Assembly: GCA_964625685.1 (NCBI GenBank)
Contig: CAZVBO010000002.1
Span: 55,440 to 119,439 of the forward strand
Direction: 5' to 3'
DNA: 64,000 nt
Source: an uncultured Pseudomonadales bacterium
GTDB lineage: Bacteria; Patescibacteriota; Microgenomatia; UBA1400; PJMF01
Part shown: positions 36,772 to 45,676 of the stretch, piece after piece
Layout: each line of letters begins with the position of its first letter
Numbering within the stretch: the first letter of the stretch is position 1
Position numbers and translations under genes: made by a program
The notes under the pieces: model-generated
Seen by the model: only the letters and a program-made list of their open reading frames with translations
Database searches by the model: none
What the model was told of the DNA's origin: nothing

Positions 36772-37482
36772 TTAGACGTGATGAGCCTCGATTAAGAACA
36801 AACCTTTGGCTTGTTGAAAGTGAATTTGTTTGCCTTTTTTCCAAAAGGTGAGTTGAAACTGATGATCTTCTAAAAATTTTTGGAGTTGAGCCAATTTCTG
36901 ACTGGGATGAGTGTGAAACTCAATCATCATAGACTGAATCTGGCTGACTTGGTCATGGAGGGACATCAACACTTTTTGCTCCATGCCTTCAATATCCAGT
37001 TTGAGAAAAATGAAGGGATTTTTGGTTTCTGCTTTAATTTTATTCAGGAAGAAAGACAAAGTTTGAGTAGTGACTGTTATATTTTCAGTTTGCTGTTCGC
37101 CGCTCCAAGCGTGAGGATGCAAACTAGCCGTGCTAAACCAATCAAATTCAGTATCAGCATGAAACTCAGCCTGGCCAGCGGTCTGAGCTAAAGCCACTTG
37201 ATAGGTTTCGACATTGTTCAGATTATTCTCCCAAATATTCTGTTCTAAAAGTTGATAGTTCACTGGGTGAGGTTCAATGGCAATGATCTTGGCCTGGGGA
37301 AACATTTTTTTAAAATAAACAGTAGATAAGCCTATATGTGCCCCAGCATCAATGACCCATAAATTTTCTGATTCAATATTAAGGTCATAGATTCGCTGAA
37401 TAAAGATTTCATTTTTGAGTTCATGAAATTCTTCTTGATTATGGTAGTGAATGGTGAAATTCTGAAGCTTAGTTGTTGGCAT
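36772..37482 (-). CDS. FkbM-family SAM-dependent methyltransferase
   Basis: VIDAGAHIGLSTVYFKKMFPQAKIIAIEPHPVNYQLLEQN matches the FkbM motif I/II layout; convergent with glyA, with zero spacing. Confidence 0.65.
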   Translation of the reverse strand: MPTTKLQNFTIHYHNQEEFHELKNEIFIQRIYDLNIESENLWVIDAGAHIGLSTVYFKKMFPQAKIIAIEPHPVNYQLLEQNIWENNLNNVETYQVALAQTAGQAEFHADTEFDWFSTASLHPHAWSGEQQTENITVTTQTLSFFLNKIKAETKNPFIFLKLDIEGMEQKVLMSLHDQVSQIQSMMIEFHTHPSQKLAQLQKFLEDHQFQLTFWKKGKQIHFQQAKGLFLIEAHHV

Positions 37483-37526
37483 TGAGTAGGGTAATTATCT
37501 CACATGGGAAAAAACTTCTTAATCGT

Positions 37527-37675
37527 CATCGCGGATCGCGCCAAACGCGAGTCCAAGATCTTTAAAATTGGTTGACTTTGTTAAAGATTCCACCTGCCTG
37601 CGCAGGCAGGAACTCGAGCCAGACTCGATCTGGAATGACGTAGGACTGAGGATTTTTGGTCCGCCAATTGGCGGA
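37527..37675. promoter_or_regulatory. Divergent promoter region (fkbM-like <- -> nfo) packed with perfect palindromes, candidate operators
   Basis: TCGCG-CCAAA-CGCGA (37536-37550), TCTTTAA...TTAAAGA (37559-37587), CCTGCCTGC|GCAGGCAGG (37593-37610, perfect 18-mer) and TCCGCCAA|TTGGCGGA (37660-37675, perfect 16-mer), all GC-rich in an AT-rich spacer. Confidence 0.45.
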
Positions 37676-37734
37676 TTGGAATTTAGCCTCTATCGTGAGA
37701 CACTCTATAGTAAAGAAGTAGAAGAGAGTACAGT

Positions 37735-38625
37735 ATGAGAAAAATTGGTGGACATGTCTCAGCAAGTGGTGGTTTAGACAAAGCAGTTGATCGGGCCGCT
37801 GATATCGGGGCGAATTGTTTACAGCTTTTTTCGGGTAGTCCACGGGTGTGGGCTCGTAAGTCCTTATCAGAAATCAATACAGAAAAATTGTTCTCAAAAC
37901 AACAAAATTTAAGCGTCTCACCAATCATTACTCATTCTCTTTATTTGATTAATTTAGCTTCCGATAATGAGGCTTTGGTCGAAAAATCAATCAACGCCTT
38001 AATTTATGATATGAAGTTTGATGCACAAATTCAGGGAGCAGGGATTGTGGTACACGTGGGCAGTCATACGGGTCGAGGTTGGGAAGAAGTGAACCAAAAG
38101 GTCGTGGAACGAATTGGCCAAATCATTGACCAAAGTCCTCAGGAGGCAACCTTTTTAATCGAAAACTCGGCAGGACAAGGTGGAAAGTTGCATAGTGATC
38201 TGGAAGATATTCGGTGGACATTTGACCAATTACCTGAAATGGTTGAACAAGGAAGACTTGGTTGGTGTTTTGACACTTGTCATGGTTTTGCTAATGGCTA
38301 TCAACTGGGAGACTCTACACCCTCTATTTCAGACAAATCAAAACACGAATCAAAAGGTTTGGCCAGTGATAAAATTTCCGAATTGAATTTATGGTCAACT
38401 CTCAAGTGTATTCATGTCAATGACAGTAAGGATCCATTTGGTTCGGGTAGAGACCGGCATGAAAATATCGGCGATGGTCAAATTCCTCTCGAGGATTTAC
38501 AATACTTCCTCAATTTAGATCAGGTGACCGCAATTCCCCTCATTACCGAAGTTCCCGGTATTGATGGAAAAGGTCCAGATCAAGAAAATATTGAGCGAAT
38601 TAAAAAGTTAGTTGGTGAAACTTAA
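37735..38625 (+). CDS. nfo: Endonuclease IV (AP endonuclease family 2, TIM barrel)
   Basis: IGGHVSASGG...AADIGANCLQLF...HSLYLINLAS...VVHVGSH metal-ligand pattern; 296 aa. Confidence 0.85.
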   Translation: MRKIGGHVSASGGLDKAVDRAADIGANCLQLFSGSPRVWARKSLSEINTEKLFSKQQNLSVSPIITHSLYLINLASDNEALVEKSINALIYDMKFDAQIQGAGIVVHVGSHTGRGWEEVNQKVVERIGQIIDQSPQEATFLIENSAGQGGKLHSDLEDIRWTFDQLPEMVEQGRLGWCFDTCHGFANGYQLGDSTPSISDKSKHESKGLASDKISELNLWSTLKCIHVNDSKDPFGSGRDRHENIGDGQIPLEDLQYFLNLDQVTAIPLITEVPGIDGKGPDQENIERIKKLVGET

Positions 38626-38641
38626 ATTACATTCATAACCT

Positions 38642-39568
38642 ATGATTATTTTAGATGGGATTACTCTAGCTCAACAACGTGAGGCAACATTACGAGAAAA
38701 AGTAGACTCCTTACCTACTAGTAGTTCTCAACCAACTATTGCAGCAGTTCTTTTTACAGAAGATCCGGGAAGCGTCCTCTATACCTCTAAAAAATCAGAG
38801 GCAGCTCAACGGGTAGGAATGGGTTATCAAATATTTCCTTTTTCGATGTTGGAAGAAATTTCAGTAGTCCAAGCCCAAATTCAAAGTCTCAATGATAACC
38901 CGCAAATTACCGGTATCATTATTCAAAAGCCAACTCGCAAAATATGGCAGGATGTCTATCGTCAACGCTTCTCAGGAGAAGAGTTGTCCAAATTAGGGTT
39001 GAATTTTAATGCTTGGTGGATGAGCTTGATTTCAGAAATTAATCCTCACAAAGACGTCGATGGGTTACATCCCAGTACCCTCAAAGCACTTCAAGAAAAT
39101 ACTTGGCAAGAGGAGGGGAAAGTCTTACCGGCTACCTGTCGAGCTGTCATTAGTTTGTTGGAAGAAGCTGATCAAGGACTTCATAGTATTTTTCAGTCGG
39201 AGACTCAATTTGTGATTTTAGGAAAATCTGACCTCTTAGGTCAGCCTCTCTTTTATTATTTAAAAAATCAGGATCTATCAGTTTCACTTATTGGCAGCAA
39301 AGATTTGGCTCGACGCCAAGAAATGGGTACAGACTTACGTGATACTGATGTAGTAATTAGTGCAACTGGTCGACCCAATTTAATTACGGGTGGGATGCTT
39401 AAACCTGGTTGTGTGGTGATTGATGTAGGTGAACCACAAGGTGATGTTGACTTTGAAAGTGTCAAAGACAAAGTTGCGGTCATTACTCCTGTACCAGGTG
39501 GAGTAGGACCGATGACAGTAGTTTGTTTACTAGAAAATTGTTACCAACTCTTTATTTCCCATAACTGA
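38642..39568 (+). CDS. folD: Bifunctional 5,10-methylene-THF dehydrogenase / methenyl-THF cyclohydrolase
   Basis: MIILDGITLAQ start, C-terminal TPVPGGVGPMTVVCLLEN; 308 aa. Confidence 0.8.
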   Translation: MIILDGITLAQQREATLREKVDSLPTSSSQPTIAAVLFTEDPGSVLYTSKKSEAAQRVGMGYQIFPFSMLEEISVVQAQIQSLNDNPQITGIIIQKPTRKIWQDVYRQRFSGEELSKLGLNFNAWWMSLISEINPHKDVDGLHPSTLKALQENTWQEEGKVLPATCRAVISLLEEADQGLHSIFQSETQFVILGKSDLLGQPLFYYLKNQDLSVSLIGSKDLARRQEMGTDLRDTDVVISATGRPNLITGGMLKPGCVVIDVGEPQGDVDFESVKDKVAVITPVPGGVGPMTVVCLLENCYQLFISHN

Positions 39569-39613
39569 TTTTCTCTAGAGTGTGTTATAATTCAGTCCTT
39601 AAATAATAGTATG

Positions 39614-39679
39614 GGCTAGGTGGCAGCTAATCTGTCCTGATTTTTCTCCACTAGCCTTCTTGTCACTTTTAGCGACAAG
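39614..39679 (+). promoter_or_regulatory. Two hairpins in the rpsB 5' leader (possible S2 autoregulatory structure)
   Basis: GGCTAGGTGG ... CCACTAGCC (39614-39656) and CTTGTC-ACTTTTAGC-GACAAG (39659-39679), directly upstream of the rpsB ATG. Confidence 0.35.
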
Positions 39680-39694
39680 AGAACAAGGACATCT

Positions 39695-40417
39695 ATGACT
39701 GAAGTTGATCTCAACTCACTTCCTCAGGTGGCTCCCGAAATTGATTTAACCGCTTTACTGGAAGCTGGCTGTCATTTTGGTCACCAAAGTAAAAAATGGC
39801 ATCCTTCCATGCAGAAATGGATTTATGGTGAGAAAAATGGAGTGCATTTATTTGATTTAGTCAAAACCGCTAGTCAATTACAGTTGGCTTACAACTATGC
39901 TTATCAACTTGGTAAGTCCGGCAAAGTCATGGTTTTAGTGGGTACCAAACGCCAAGCTCGGGATATTGTTAAAGAAGCAGCTACTCGGGCTAAACTCCCT
40001 TATATTGCGGCTCGTTGGTTGGGTGGATTCTTGACGAATTGGGAACAAGTCAAAAAATCTCTCAAAAAGATGATTTCGATTGAAGAAGGTTTACAAAGTG
40101 GTAAATTTGATAGCTATACCAAATATGAGCGTGTTCAACTCGAAAAAGAAGCTGGCCGGCTTGACCGATTTTTCGGTGGTTTGCGAGCGTTAACAAAAGA
40201 ACCAGATGCTATTTTTGTGATTGATGCTTCCCGCGAAAAAGTAGCTGTCAAAGAAGCAGTCATTACTGAAACTCCAATTATGGGCATTATTGATAGTAAC
40301 ACTGACTGCCGACCGATTGATGTCGTTATTCCTGCCAATGATGATGCGGTCAAAAGTATTTCACTTTTGGTGAATACCGTAGTTGATGGCTACTTAGCAG
40401 GAAAAAATAGTAAATAA
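39695..40417 (+). CDS. rpsB: 30S ribosomal protein S2
   Basis: LLEAGCHFGHQSKKWHPSMQKWIYGEKNGVHLFDL... canonical S2; 240 aa. Confidence 0.9.
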   Translation: MTEVDLNSLPQVAPEIDLTALLEAGCHFGHQSKKWHPSMQKWIYGEKNGVHLFDLVKTASQLQLAYNYAYQLGKSGKVMVLVGTKRQARDIVKEAATRAKLPYIAARWLGGFLTNWEQVKKSLKKMISIEEGLQSGKFDSYTKYERVQLEKEAGRLDRFFGGLRALTKEPDAIFVIDASREKVAVKEAVITETPIMGIIDSNTDCRPIDVVIPANDDAVKSISLLVNTVVDGYLAGKNSK

Positions 40418-40435
40418 ATTTTTGGGAGAGAAACT

Positions 40436-40894
40436 ATGAATTACACAGCAGCTGATATCAAAAGTTTGCGAGAAGAGACCGGTGCAGGCATGATGGATTG
40501 TAAAAAGGCTTTGGAAGAATCAAATGGGAACATGGACCAAGCTCGTGAATGGATTAAACAGCGTGGACTAATCAAGGCTGAAAAAAAAGCTGATCGTGAA
40601 GCCACAGAAGGTTTTATTGCTCACTACGTGCACAATGATCACAAGACTGCCGCTTTAGTCGAAATTCTCTGCGAAACTGATTTTGTGGCTCGCAATGATG
40701 AATTTCAAAAAATGGCGACAGACGTGGCTATGCAAGTGGTCGCGATGAACCCAGAAAACGTAGAAGAACTCTTAGCCCAGGATTTTATTAAAGATGCTGA
40801 TATGACCATAGAAGAATTGGTCAAACAGCTGAGTGGCAAGATTGGCGAGAGATTTATTGTCAATCGTTTTGTCCGTTATCAAGTGGGAGAGTAA
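40436..40894 (+). CDS. tsf: Elongation factor Ts, unusually short (152 aa)
   Basis: N-terminal UBA-like domain (IKSLREETGAGMMDCKKALEESNGNMDQAREWIKQRGL) and one core/dimerisation segment; rpsB-tsf synteny. Confidence 0.8.
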   Translation: MNYTAADIKSLREETGAGMMDCKKALEESNGNMDQAREWIKQRGLIKAEKKADREATEGFIAHYVHNDHKTAALVEILCETDFVARNDEFQKMATDVAMQVVAMNPENVEELLAQDFIKDADMTIEELVKQLSGKIGERFIVNRFVRYQVGE

Positions 40895-40910
40895 TCTCAT
40901 ATTTTTTATG

Positions 40911-40939
40911 AAAGCATAACCCCGTACTATTAAAAGTAC
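40911..40939 (+). terminator. Rho-independent terminator after tsf
   Basis: CCCCGTACT-ATTAAA-AGTACGGGG followed by TTTTT. Confidence 0.75.
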
Positions 40940-40982
40940 GGGGTTTTTGTACCTATTCCCATTTTGATAAAAAAAAGTTAAG

Positions 40983-41627
40983 ATGAGTTACCTCAAGAAA
41001 AAAATGAGAAAAAGGAGAAATATGGGAGAAAGTTTATCATACGAGCCAAAGAGCTCCGAAAAGGGTCGCGGACTAGCAGGAAAAATAAAAGCTCTCTTTG
41101 AAAGAGGACGATCAGAAAAGTCCTTAGTTGGTGAGGACAGTGAACAACTTGCTGTGGAAAAAAAGATAGTCAGTGTCACTCAAGAAATAGTGGCATTACT
41201 AGGGAAGTTAGACTATGCACAAAAAGTGTTATCTGCGGCTGAGAGTGGGCAGGGAAATGTGGATCCAGACATTACACCTACAGTATACCAAAAACTTAAA
41301 CACCAGTTAGAGGACATCTTGTATCAGAAATTATCAGAAAATCCTGATTTACTCGAGGAAATTGAGCGTGATACCCCTCGATTTATTACTCATGTAGAAG
41401 GAGAACTGAAAAGATTAGGAGTGGACTGGAAATATTCCCTCCCAAAAATAGTAGGTTTACAACCAGATATTCGTGGACCTAAAGTATCTGAAAGATCAAC
41501 TCTCCCAGAAATACTAGATCCTTATCACAACCCCCAGATTGAAGAATACATGCAACAAGCTTTAGAAGATATGGGATTACCAGTTCGTTTTAGAGACACT
41601 AAAGAGGTCGAAAATACGAATTATTAA
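40983..41627 (+). CDS. Hypothetical protein (Lys/Arg-rich N-terminus; possibly starts at the internal Met, MGESLSY)
   Basis: ORF of 214 aa; no recognisable motif. Confidence 0.4.
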   Translation: MSYLKKKMRKRRNMGESLSYEPKSSEKGRGLAGKIKALFERGRSEKSLVGEDSEQLAVEKKIVSVTQEIVALLGKLDYAQKVLSAAESGQGNVDPDITPTVYQKLKHQLEDILYQKLSENPDLLEEIERDTPRFITHVEGELKRLGVDWKYSLPKIVGLQPDIRGPKVSERSTLPEILDPYHNPQIEEYMQQALEDMGLPVRFRDTKEVENTNY

Positions 41628-41663
41628 CGAAGCACGAAAAGATCCATATATTCTTCTGATATA

Positions 41664-42236
41664 ATGCGTTTCCTAAATAGGAAACGCATAGTTATGCCAG
41701 AAAATGAATTAAAAAATCCGAATAATGGCCAAATTTCTGTTGAAGAAGCTATAATAATCACCACTACAGAACTCTCTCGATTTGTGGCTGATATCCATGC
41801 AAATTATAGTAAGTTAGCTAGTGTGGGAGATATTAACAAGGTAAAAAGTATATTACGTGATCGTGATCCACTATTTTCACTAAATTCTATAGTTATTTTT
41901 TTAACCTCTGATGAATTTAAAGAACATCCCAAACTTGGAATCATTCAAACTTTTTTGGATGTTGTCAGATTTATAACCAATGTTAGTTCTCAAATTAACT
42001 ATCCTTCTTTGCAAGAACCATTAGCCCAAGAATTCGCAGTGAACTTAAGTATTTGGTACCACACTATCTGGGATTTTTTACAGAAAAATGGAACGAGTTT
42101 ATCTCCAGAAGTACTAATCGAGTTTCAAAAAATTCTTACTTTTATCGAGAACCAACCGCACCTGAATTCTTTACCGTCTAGTAGAGTCTTGAATACTTCT
42201 TTATCAGAAAAAATGAGATCAGTATTTTCCACTTAG
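41664..42236 (+). CDS. Hypothetical protein
   Basis: ORF of 190 aa; no recognisable motif. Confidence 0.4.
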   Translation: MRFLNRKRIVMPENELKNPNNGQISVEEAIIITTTELSRFVADIHANYSKLASVGDINKVKSILRDRDPLFSLNSIVIFLTSDEFKEHPKLGIIQTFLDVVRFITNVSSQINYPSLQEPLAQEFAVNLSIWYHTIWDFLQKNGTSLSPEVLIEFQKILTFIENQPHLNSLPSSRVLNTSLSEKMRSVFST

Positions 42237-42306
42237 GTGATTGGTAAAAAGAGAGGTTCCTTTTTCCCACTTGCTCATTCCCAGCCCTTGTTGTTAGGAT
42301 CCCTCT

Positions 42307-42921
42307 ATGGCAAAACTTCCACGCGCTGTTGACAGACTGATCGAAAAATTTGAACGACTTCCCGGAGTGGGCCCTAAATCGGCTCAGCGCCTGGTTTTTT
42401 ACCTCCTGCATAATCCAGAAAGTGAGTTGCAGGATTTTTCTGATCGATTGCTGGCTTTAAAACGAGAAACGGTCTTATGTAGCCACTGTCATAATGTATC
42501 GGAAAATGATCCCTGTAGCGTCTGTGACGATGTCACCCGAGATAAAACTCGATTGATGGTGGTGGAACAACCCCTTGATATGCTGGCAGTAGAAAAGTCG
42601 GATCGGTACAATGGTCTCTATCATGTGCTGCACGGAGCCATTTCCCCCCTCAATAATATTGGTCCCAGCCAACTCTATTTGACCGACATCGTGAATCGAT
42701 TGGAAGGAGTAGAGGAACTCATTTTGGCTACCAATCCCACCATGGAAGGTGAAGCCACTGCCCTTTACATTAAAGAATTGGTCGAAAACGCCGTTGCTTC
42801 TCAGGATCTTGCTGAGATCCAGATCACCCGGATTGGACACGGTCTACCGATTGGGGCAGATATAGAGTATGCCGATAGCCAAACCATTGCTCGTGCCTTA
42901 GAAGGTCGACGGGGAATTTAA
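42307..42921 (+). CDS. recR: Recombination protein RecR
   Basis: N-terminal HhH (LIEKFERLPGVGPKSAQRLVFYLL), C4 zinc finger CSHCHNVSENDPCSVC, Toprim domain; 204 aa. Confidence 0.88.
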   Translation: MAKLPRAVDRLIEKFERLPGVGPKSAQRLVFYLLHNPESELQDFSDRLLALKRETVLCSHCHNVSENDPCSVCDDVTRDKTRLMVVEQPLDMLAVEKSDRYNGLYHVLHGAISPLNNIGPSQLYLTDIVNRLEGVEELILATNPTMEGEATALYIKELVENAVASQDLAEIQITRIGHGLPIGADIEYADSQTIARALEGRRGI

Positions 42922-43148
42922 CAGCAGTCTTACACTTCTCTTGCTAAAGTGATCCCTTTTTATATAGAGACGCATCTTGTTCCAGATGGATGTTTTTGAT
43001 ATAGTTTTTGCTACATGAGTTCGCTCTGGCAATTAAAAAAGAGACCTAGTCTTTTTACCTAAATGGGTTGAAAGATTGGGTCTTTTTTATCAGTTATTTT
43101 CCTTGACTCTTGCCCAATAGAGCTAAAAGGGAAGTAAGGAGGTTGATA

Positions 43149-43514
43149 ATGAAAGTTATCATCCAGTCGAACACATTGAAGGTGACGGAGGCACTACGAA
43201 TTTTTATTCAAAAACAAATTCGCAAGTTAGCCCGCTGTGGTCAAAAGATCCAACAAGTGACCGTATACTTGGATTGCGTCAAACGCAAGAAAAATGCCGC
43301 TGATGCCACTACCGTGCAGTTTCAGATTACGACCGCTAAAAATAGCTTTGTAGTCAAGAAACAAGCGCACGACATGTACGTGGCTATCAGTGAAGTCGCA
43401 GATAGAGCTACTCGCTTACTGAGGGAGAAGCGTCATAAATATCTTGATAATAAAAGAAAAATATCGCCAAAGCTTAAACTTTTAGAAAACTTTGATTTAG
43501 CTTGGGTAGAATAG
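43149..43514 (+). CDS. hpf: Ribosome hibernation-promoting factor / RaiA-family (sigma-54 modulation protein-like)
   Basis: MKVIIQSNTLKVTEALRIFIQKQIRKL... matches the HPF/YfiA beta-alpha-beta fold signature; strong RBS AAGGAGG 6 nt upstream of the ATG at 43149. The track ORF from 43110 is an unsupported extension. Confidence 0.7.
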   Translation: MKVIIQSNTLKVTEALRIFIQKQIRKLARCGQKIQQVTVYLDCVKRKKNAADATTVQFQITTAKNSFVVKKQAHDMYVAISEVADRATRLLREKRHKYLDNKRKISPKLKLLENFDLAWVE

Positions 43515-43558
43515 CCTCGGTAAATTTCAAAGATCAAATTTAATAAATAGTTATCCAT

Positions 43559-43630
43559 GTCATCCCCTCGAAAGAGGGGATCTGGGATAGCAGTAGTGTT
43601 TTTCCAGATTCCCGTTTTCACGGGAATGAC
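43559..43630 (+). other. Cloverleaf-like structured element (candidate small ncRNA or regulatory RNA), not a tRNA
   Basis: GTCAT[CCCCTC-GAAA-GAGGGG]ATCTGG[18-nt loop]CCAGAT[TCCCG-TTTTCA-CGGGA]ATGAC: an outer 5-bp stem closes three nested perfect hairpins. The flanks carry a duplicated AGTAGTGTT motif. Confidence 0.4.
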
Positions 43631-43688
43631 GAGTAGTGTTGTTGACTTCCTCTTGTGTCTGTTTGTTTGAAACGGTATCTTAGTCTAT

Positions 43689-44060
43689 ATGACCGATGAT
43701 ACGCAAACCGCTCCAACTTCTTCAGACTCGCCAAAAGCCAATGCACAAGATCCATTAAGTGTCTTGGAAGACATTTTGAATGAAGCCAAAGAGCGAACCG
43801 CTGGAGGAGCCCAAACGACAGAAGAACAAGCAGCAGCAGAAGCGGCCAAACGAGCCGCCATTGAACGGCAAGAAGCAGAACGAAAAAAACAAGACGCATT
43901 AGCTCTGCAGGCAGAAATTGAGAAAATGAAGCAGATTTCAGAAATGCCACAGGAGCAGGCTCGGCTTCGACAAGAACAACAACAAGATGCTGATGCTGCA
44001 GAAGCTAAACAATCACATCAGACCAATCAAATTCGTCAATTAGGTCATACTAAAATTTAA
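43689..44060 (+). CDS. Hypothetical Ala/Glu/Gln-rich coiled-coil protein
   Basis: 123-aa low-complexity helical ORF; the antisense ORF 43618-43950 is more likely spurious. Confidence 0.4.
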   Translation: MTDDTQTAPTSSDSPKANAQDPLSVLEDILNEAKERTAGGAQTTEEQAAAEAAKRAAIERQEAERKKQDALALQAEIEKMKQISEMPQEQARLRQEQQQDADAAEAKQSHQTNQIRQLGHTKI

Positions 44061-44062
44061 AT

Positions 44063-44680
44063 ATGCCGACTCCACCCAAAACAACAGCCCGACCTCGACC
44101 CAGTGGTGGTTTTAATGATAATTTTGGCGATGAATTTGGCGAGCATTTAGATGAGAATGCGATGCAGGCGGCAATGCAACAAAAAGCGACTAATCAACAG
44201 GCAGCTGATCCCCAGACTGCTCCTGTCCAGCAAAATTCTTCACAAGCAACCCAACCAACCCCGCCCAGAGAAGTGGGAACTCTCGGGGAGGAATTAGTCA
44301 AACGACCACTCAAAGATATCGCTCGGGAATTATTATCTTTTTTTGATATTCATAAATTATTAAACATCAATCCTCAAACTGATACTCCCGAAGAGCAAGC
44401 TAAAAAGAAGCAAATGCATCATCGGTTGCAACAATTAAATCAAGAACAACAGCAAGTGGTTCAGCAAAAATATCGAGCCGAAATGGAAAAGAAAAAACAG
44501 GAAGAAGAAGAGAAAGAAATGAAAAAACGTCAAGCCGAAGCGGCAAAGCAACAAGAGATTGCGCCGCCGTCGAGTCCGAAAAAAGGTCCGGTTGGTCCTG
44601 GAAGTTCAGGGAAAAAACGAGCTGTAGATAAATTAGAACAGGATCGAAAAACACTGAGTGGTCCGGCAAGTGTGAATTAG
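44063..44680 (+). CDS. Hypothetical Gln/Glu/Lys-rich coiled-coil protein
   Basis: 205 aa, separated by 2 nt from the previous ORF; compositional bias similar to its neighbour. Confidence 0.4.
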   Translation: MPTPPKTTARPRPSGGFNDNFGDEFGEHLDENAMQAAMQQKATNQQAADPQTAPVQQNSSQATQPTPPREVGTLGEELVKRPLKDIARELLSFFDIHKLLNINPQTDTPEEQAKKKQMHHRLQQLNQEQQQVVQQKYRAEMEKKKQEEEEKEMKKRQAEAAKQQEIAPPSSPKKGPVGPGSSGKKRAVDKLEQDRKTLSGPASVN

Positions 44681-44688
44681 GAGGCAAA

Positions 44689-45249
44689 ATGGCACTGGAA
44701 GACACACTGCAACCAGAAAAAGTATCACAGCTTTATGATAGGTATGATGAATTTTTAGCCGATTCAGAAGCATTATTACGATCTGTTAAAACGACAATAG
44801 TAAATCCTGAAGTCAAAAATAACTTGCTCAATAGTTTGATTATTCAAACCAGAGCAAATAAACTATTACGTAGTCTAAACTTATTTACTGCTAGCCTTAG
44901 AGAACAGCAAGATAGTTGGCCACATTCTGATCAAGTATATGATAAAATTCGATTGTTTTTAGATTCTCGAGGTAAGTCGCTGGGAACTTTTAATCGAATA
45001 AAACAAGTTTTTTCTCTTGAAAGACAATTCGAAAACTTGTTATTAAAGAAAGAATTAACTCCAGAAGTAGTTAAAAGCCTTATAACTCATGTTTTTTCGA
45101 AAATGAAGGTTATTCAAACTTCAATTGATATAGTTGAAAAGCCACCGGATGTTAAAATAGATCGCATTGAAAGTGCCTTGTCTGATGTTAAGGCAATCAT
45201 GATGATTTTATTGCCAGAGGAAAAATCAAATGAGCCAATTAAAAGATAA
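44689..45249 (+). CDS. Hypothetical protein
   Basis: ORF of 186 aa, RBS GGAGG upstream. Confidence 0.45.
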   Translation: MALEDTLQPEKVSQLYDRYDEFLADSEALLRSVKTTIVNPEVKNNLLNSLIIQTRANKLLRSLNLFTASLREQQDSWPHSDQVYDKIRLFLDSRGKSLGTFNRIKQVFSLERQFENLLLKKELTPEVVKSLITHVFSKMKVIQTSIDIVEKPPDVKIDRIESALSDVKAIMMILLPEEKSNEPIKR

Positions 45250-45676
45250 ATATCTTAGCAGAGGGACTTTTACCATTGATCAACTCAGGCAAAAACAAAC
45301 AGGGTATCTTGAAGCAATGTTGATTGAGGCTCCCAGACTTGAAAAAACAATTCAAAAACTTCATGAGCTAAGTAATGATAAAAACCTCTCGAAGAGACAA
45401 GAGCAGAGTTTGATGGATATTATTGAAAATATAATGAAGGTTGAATATCTATTACCTTTCGTTTCTCCTTTTTTAAAATATATTCTAGTTACAAGACTGC
45501 TTCATTTTTCTCAAATTAATCTTGAAGCTTTTGAAGAAGAGTTTAGTTACTATAGGGATATACATCTAACAGATCAGAGAGGAGACAATGCTATTTGGCA
45601 TGCGATCAAGAGTATGGTTGGCTATGGTGCGATAATAGTAGATGAAAATGGAAACCCAATTAATGAAACTCTATAA
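45230..45676 (+). CDS. Hypothetical protein
   Basis: ORF of 148 aa overlapping its neighbours. Confidence 0.4.
   Translation: MSQLKDKYLSRGTFTIDQLRQKQTGYLEAMLIEAPRLEKTIQKLHELSNDKNLSKRQEQSLMDIIENIMKVEYLLPFVSPFLKYILVTRLLHFSQINLEAFEEEFSYYRDIHLTDQRGDNAIWHAIKSMVGYGAIIVDENGNPINETL

Noticed and set aside
36880-37191. Plus-strand 103-aa ORF inside the FkbM methyltransferase gene
   Set aside because: It is antisense to a gene with clear FkbM family motifs.
37562-37928. Two reverse-strand ORFs (93 and 81 aa) across the fkbM/nfo spacer and nfo start
   Set aside because: They run through the palindrome-rich intergenic block and overlap the nfo N-terminus, whose homology is strong. They are probably artefacts of the GC-rich dyad repeats.
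43110-43148. Upstream extension of hpf (MPNRAKREVRRLIM...)
   Set aside because: A canonical AAGGAGG RBS sits 6 nt before the internal ATG at 43149, where the HPF homology begins.
43559-43630. tRNA interpretation of the cloverleaf-like element
   Set aside because: The acceptor-like stem is only 5 bp, the D-like arm has a 6-bp stem and a 4-nt loop, the central loop is 18 nt rather than 7, and there is no GTTC T-loop or CCA context.
43618-43950. Reverse-strand 110-aa ORF overlapping the coiled-coil protein gene and the structured element
   Set aside because: It is antisense to a low-complexity GAA/CAA-rich coding region, which produces Leu-rich antisense frames by chance. I kept the plus-strand gene, which continues into a second similar gene.
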